Origin: Microcoleaceae cyanobacterium
Lineage (GTDB): Bacteria; Cyanobacteriota; Cyanobacteriia; Cyanobacteriales; Microcoleaceae
Direction: 5' to 3'
DNA: 42,555 nucleotides
NCBI GenBank assembly: GCA_051652765.1
Contig: JBOFUV010000026.1
Span: 1-42,555, forward strand
Both the position numbers and the translations under genes were made by a program. The notes beneath the pieces are model-generated. The model ran no database searches. It was given only the letters and a program-made list of their open reading frames with translations, and was not told the origin of the DNA. Shown here piece by piece: positions 39,912-42,555 of the stretch (its first letter is position 1; each line of letters opens with the position of its first letter).

Positions 39912-40698
39912 TTAAGCTGGGATAGACAATTTCCATAGGCAAACCAATCGTATCAAGTTCGGGTTCAGGAGGTAGGACTTTAAGACAGTTCCAAAACGTT
40001 GCAGCAACACCACAAGCTAAGGCATCAATAATATCGTCAATTGCCAAATCTTTTCGTCGGTAACTGCTTTGGGCTTCGGCAACAAGCTTTCGGACATCTT
40101 GATAATACTGAGAAAGAATCTCTAATCTTTCCTCAATGCCTTCAGCAGTTTTTTTACGAGTATTTACAACTGTTTTGTTATTGAGCGCCCAAAAACAAAT
40201 TTCGGGATGGCATTCTCGGATTTTTCTAGTCCCTTTAACTTTGCCCAAAAACTCATCAACTTCTCGGATTTTGGCAACAATATTCCAACTCTGTTTTGAC
40301 AACTTCCGACCCGAACAATTGTAATTTTCTGCACTAGCTTGGTGATAGTCTTCAAGCTTTAAAACAGATCGAACGGGTGCCGGAAAAATGCTTGAACTTC
40401 TTTTCCCCAGAATTTTCCGAGCTGCCAAATCACACAATCTTTCTTGCCTGTGAATCTCTCGAAATCCAATCGGAATATCGACTAAAATTTGCTGGCAGTT
40501 CGCCAAGAAATTCTCAATCTCTGCAAACTGCTTTAAAAGCCCAAACTGATAGTTCCAATCCTGATCGAATCCGACATAAAACCACCCTGCACGACATCCA
40601 TCAACGCCAATATATGTTAACTGTGTTGGAGGCAACTGTTTTAAAAGCAACTGTTTTATAACGGCTTTATTTGAATGTGGAGTAGGCATCTTGCCCAC
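39904..40698 (-). CDS. DUF429 family protein (predicted RNase H-like nuclease)
   Basis: IGVDGCRAGW, VDIPIG, CDLAAR, ECHPEICF, DDIIDAL. Confidence 0.85.
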   Translation of the reverse strand: MGKMPTPHSNKAVIKQLLLKQLPPTQLTYIGVDGCRAGWFYVGFDQDWNYQFGLLKQFAEIENFLANCQQILVDIPIGFREIHRQERLCDLAARKILGKRSSSIFPAPVRSVLKLEDYHQASAENYNCSGRKLSKQSWNIVAKIREVDEFLGKVKGTRKIRECHPEICFWALNNKTVVNTRKKTAEGIEERLEILSQYYQDVRKLVAEAQSSYRRKDLAIDDIIDALACGVAATFWNCLKVLPPEPELDTIGLPMEIVYPSLMN

Positions 40699-40749
40699 GC
40701 AGGCTAGAAGACTATACTATAGACATCTTATCAATCATTGCTGACTGCT

Positions 40750-41913
40750 CTAGGTTAAACCAAAGACCAGAAGTTCTGTTGCTTTACCGGCTTCATGACC
40801 AATCAAAATTAAACTCTGATTGCCTTCTGATAATCGCGGCCCAAACGTCATCCCCGTTAGGTTTGGCAAGGGAATTCCTAACTCATCTAAGTCTAATAAT
40901 AACTGTTTTCGCAAGGGTTGAATGCTCTGTAAATTCCCTCGTAAATGCTCAACTCGAGAGATATCTGTGGCATCTCCAGTGAAGACTTGATAAAGTTGGG
41001 CGGTGGTCGGCGATCGCTCCAAACTTAAAAAATGTCCGCTCTCTTGTAACGCGATCATTTCAACGAGCTGACTTTCAGATTCCAATGGATAAAGGGTTTC
41101 TGACACTAGAAAAGAAGACTGATCGGCAATCACATAATGAAGCAATCTTAACCGAGGTGAAAAGTTCAGATCAATATCTTGAACGAGGGGCGCTTCAGTG
41201 CTAATAAATAATCGGAATGGATCGAGGCCACCTGGGCTGAAACCATCTGGAGCAATGGTCATCGATTTGAAACCAGAATTTGCTTGAATCCCTTGCGTTA
41301 ATTCTTGATTTTCAATTTTAGGAATAAAGGCGGAAGGAATCAGAATACTGTTACGCAGTTGCCCAGTAGTCAGGTCAAATTCTCCAATAAAAGGGATATT
41401 ATAATCCGCTTCAATTTCTTCAGTAGAAATAAATATTGAATTCCGAGGAGAAAAGACTAAGTTCTCTAGAACAGTTGAATGGGTCGGAATAACATTTCCT
41501 GATTTTCCGGTTAGAGATTTAACCGCTTCGACCTCAAATTTTTCTACGGGCTTGACTAAATCTAGTTCAATATTCAACGTATAAAATTGAGCCGGTTGTT
41601 CTGTTACTGAATGTTCTGGCAGCCCAAAGAAATGGCTTCCTGGATCAGTTGAACGACTATAACCAGGAATTTCATAGGTTAGATTGGACAGGTTACTAGC
41701 GGAGGAATCAACTAAAGCAGCCTGGGGCAGGCTCTCCTTTCCCAAAAAATTCAGGGATAAGTCAAGAAACATCCGGTCTTCAGCCGTTATCTGTGGAATA
41801 GAACAGGCTGTAGCCACGGTTAAGCAAAGCATTGCCAAGGCTAAACGTTTCAGGATGAAGTTGCCAAACCGGGTTAAGCTTGGCTTTGGGCTCAGGAATC
41901 GATTCAAATTCAC
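40750..41913 (-). CDS. Lipoprotein with an esterase-like phytase-family beta-propeller
   Basis: Lipobox-like VATAC; GIQANSGFKSM, TEAPLVQD, LSLER, GMTFGP motifs. Confidence 0.75.
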   Translation of the reverse strand: MNLNRFLSPKPSLTRFGNFILKRLALAMLCLTVATACSIPQITAEDRMFLDLSLNFLGKESLPQAALVDSSASNLSNLTYEIPGYSRSTDPGSHFFGLPEHSVTEQPAQFYTLNIELDLVKPVEKFEVEAVKSLTGKSGNVIPTHSTVLENLVFSPRNSIFISTEEIEADYNIPFIGEFDLTTGQLRNSILIPSAFIPKIENQELTQGIQANSGFKSMTIAPDGFSPGGLDPFRLFISTEAPLVQDIDLNFSPRLRLLHYVIADQSSFLVSETLYPLESESQLVEMIALQESGHFLSLERSPTTAQLYQVFTGDATDISRVEHLRGNLQSIQPLRKQLLLDLDELGIPLPNLTGMTFGPRLSEGNQSLILIGHEAGKATELLVFGLT

Positions 41914-42029
41914 AGAAATCTCTCCTAGTTTTACTCAGTATTATCCTACGATTTAGACTGTATAATAACCCCAGGATTTTCCCAGTAATTGGATAGGGGA
42001 ACGTGAGTTTGACCGAAGCCTTTAACCGT

Positions 42030-42069
42030 CTGTTTTACACAGGCTGTTTTACACAGGCTGTTTTACAGG
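42030..42069. repeat. 14-bp tandem repeat overlapping the stop of the RTX-like gene
   Basis: CTGTTTTACACAGG CTGTTTTACACAGG CTGTTTTACAGG. Confidence 0.9.
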
Positions 42070-42555
42070 GTGACAAAATCTTCAGCCGTAATCTGATCTA
42101 CACCCAATACCGGAAGGGTCGGATCGCCGCCAACATTCGCATTCAGCACCGTTAAAACCTGACCTGTGGTTGCTAACCGGATGGCAATGTCTGTGGGTTC
42201 AATTGACCATTCAACTGCGGGTTGCGGACTGAGAATTGCCGCGTCACTTCCCAGCGGAGCAATCAATAAATCCTCAAATGCTAATCCTGTTGGCAGCCCA
42301 AGCTTGTCAATGCCATCCTCAAAGTCCGCCACTAGATCAAATTCGGTATTAATTTCAACAGCGAACACATCCTGAACCTCATCTCCGGTAAACATTACCG
42401 CTCTAGAACCGCCCGTCAATAGGTCAAATCCCTCACCGCCGCTCAGGGTATCATTGCCTCCGTCTCCTTCAATATCATCGTTACCTGCATCCCCGGATAG
42501 GAACTCATTGCCTAAGCCACCCAATAATAGGTCGTTGCCCTGACCTCCAAAGAAC
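42063..42555 (-). CDS. Calcium-binding RTX (hemolysin-type repeat) protein, C-terminal part; runs off the window end
   Basis: GGQGND, GDAGND, GDGGNDTLSGGEGFD nonapeptides; DFEDGIDKLGL; C-terminal ITAEDF. Confidence 0.88.
   Translation of the reverse strand, partial: FFGGQGNDLLLGGLGNEFLSGDAGNDDIEGDGGNDTLSGGEGFDLLTGGSRAVMFTGDEVQDVFAVEINTEFDLVADFEDGIDKLGLPTGLAFEDLLIAPLGSDAAILSPQPAVEWSIEPTDIAIRLATTGQVLTVLNANVGGDPTLPVLGVDQITAEDFVTL

Overview
Cyanobacterial chromosomal window. It has about 26 HIP1 GCGATCGC sites by manual count, plus a PEP-CTERM gene, sqdB, a CpcT/CpeT lyase and a group I intron in tRNA-Leu(UAA). Housekeeping genes (rnhA, pgi, topA, hppD, sqdB) are interleaved with accessory genes. 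The best candidates for a second look are: (1) an animal-type EndoU/XendoU ribonuclease with intact catalytic motifs, fused to a lamin-tail domain and lying directly downstream of a HerA-type ATPase; (2) a HIP1-free, co-oriented gene run off the 3' end of tRNA-Leu, with attC-like sites, a Phd-VapC pair, GNAT, GST, a nuclease-like gene and a captured CHAT-gene fragment, resembling an eroded integrase-less cassette array; (3) a pappalysin (M43) protease fused to a 7-blade Trp-rich propeller, with a structured 5' leader and a small downstream partner gene; (4) a c-heme (CxxCH) sensor adenylate cyclase; (5) a RelE-fold gene lacking the usual catalytic residues; (6) many unrelated 12-15 bp tandem micro-duplications at gene boundaries. 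All family assignments come from reading motifs by eye; no database search was run.
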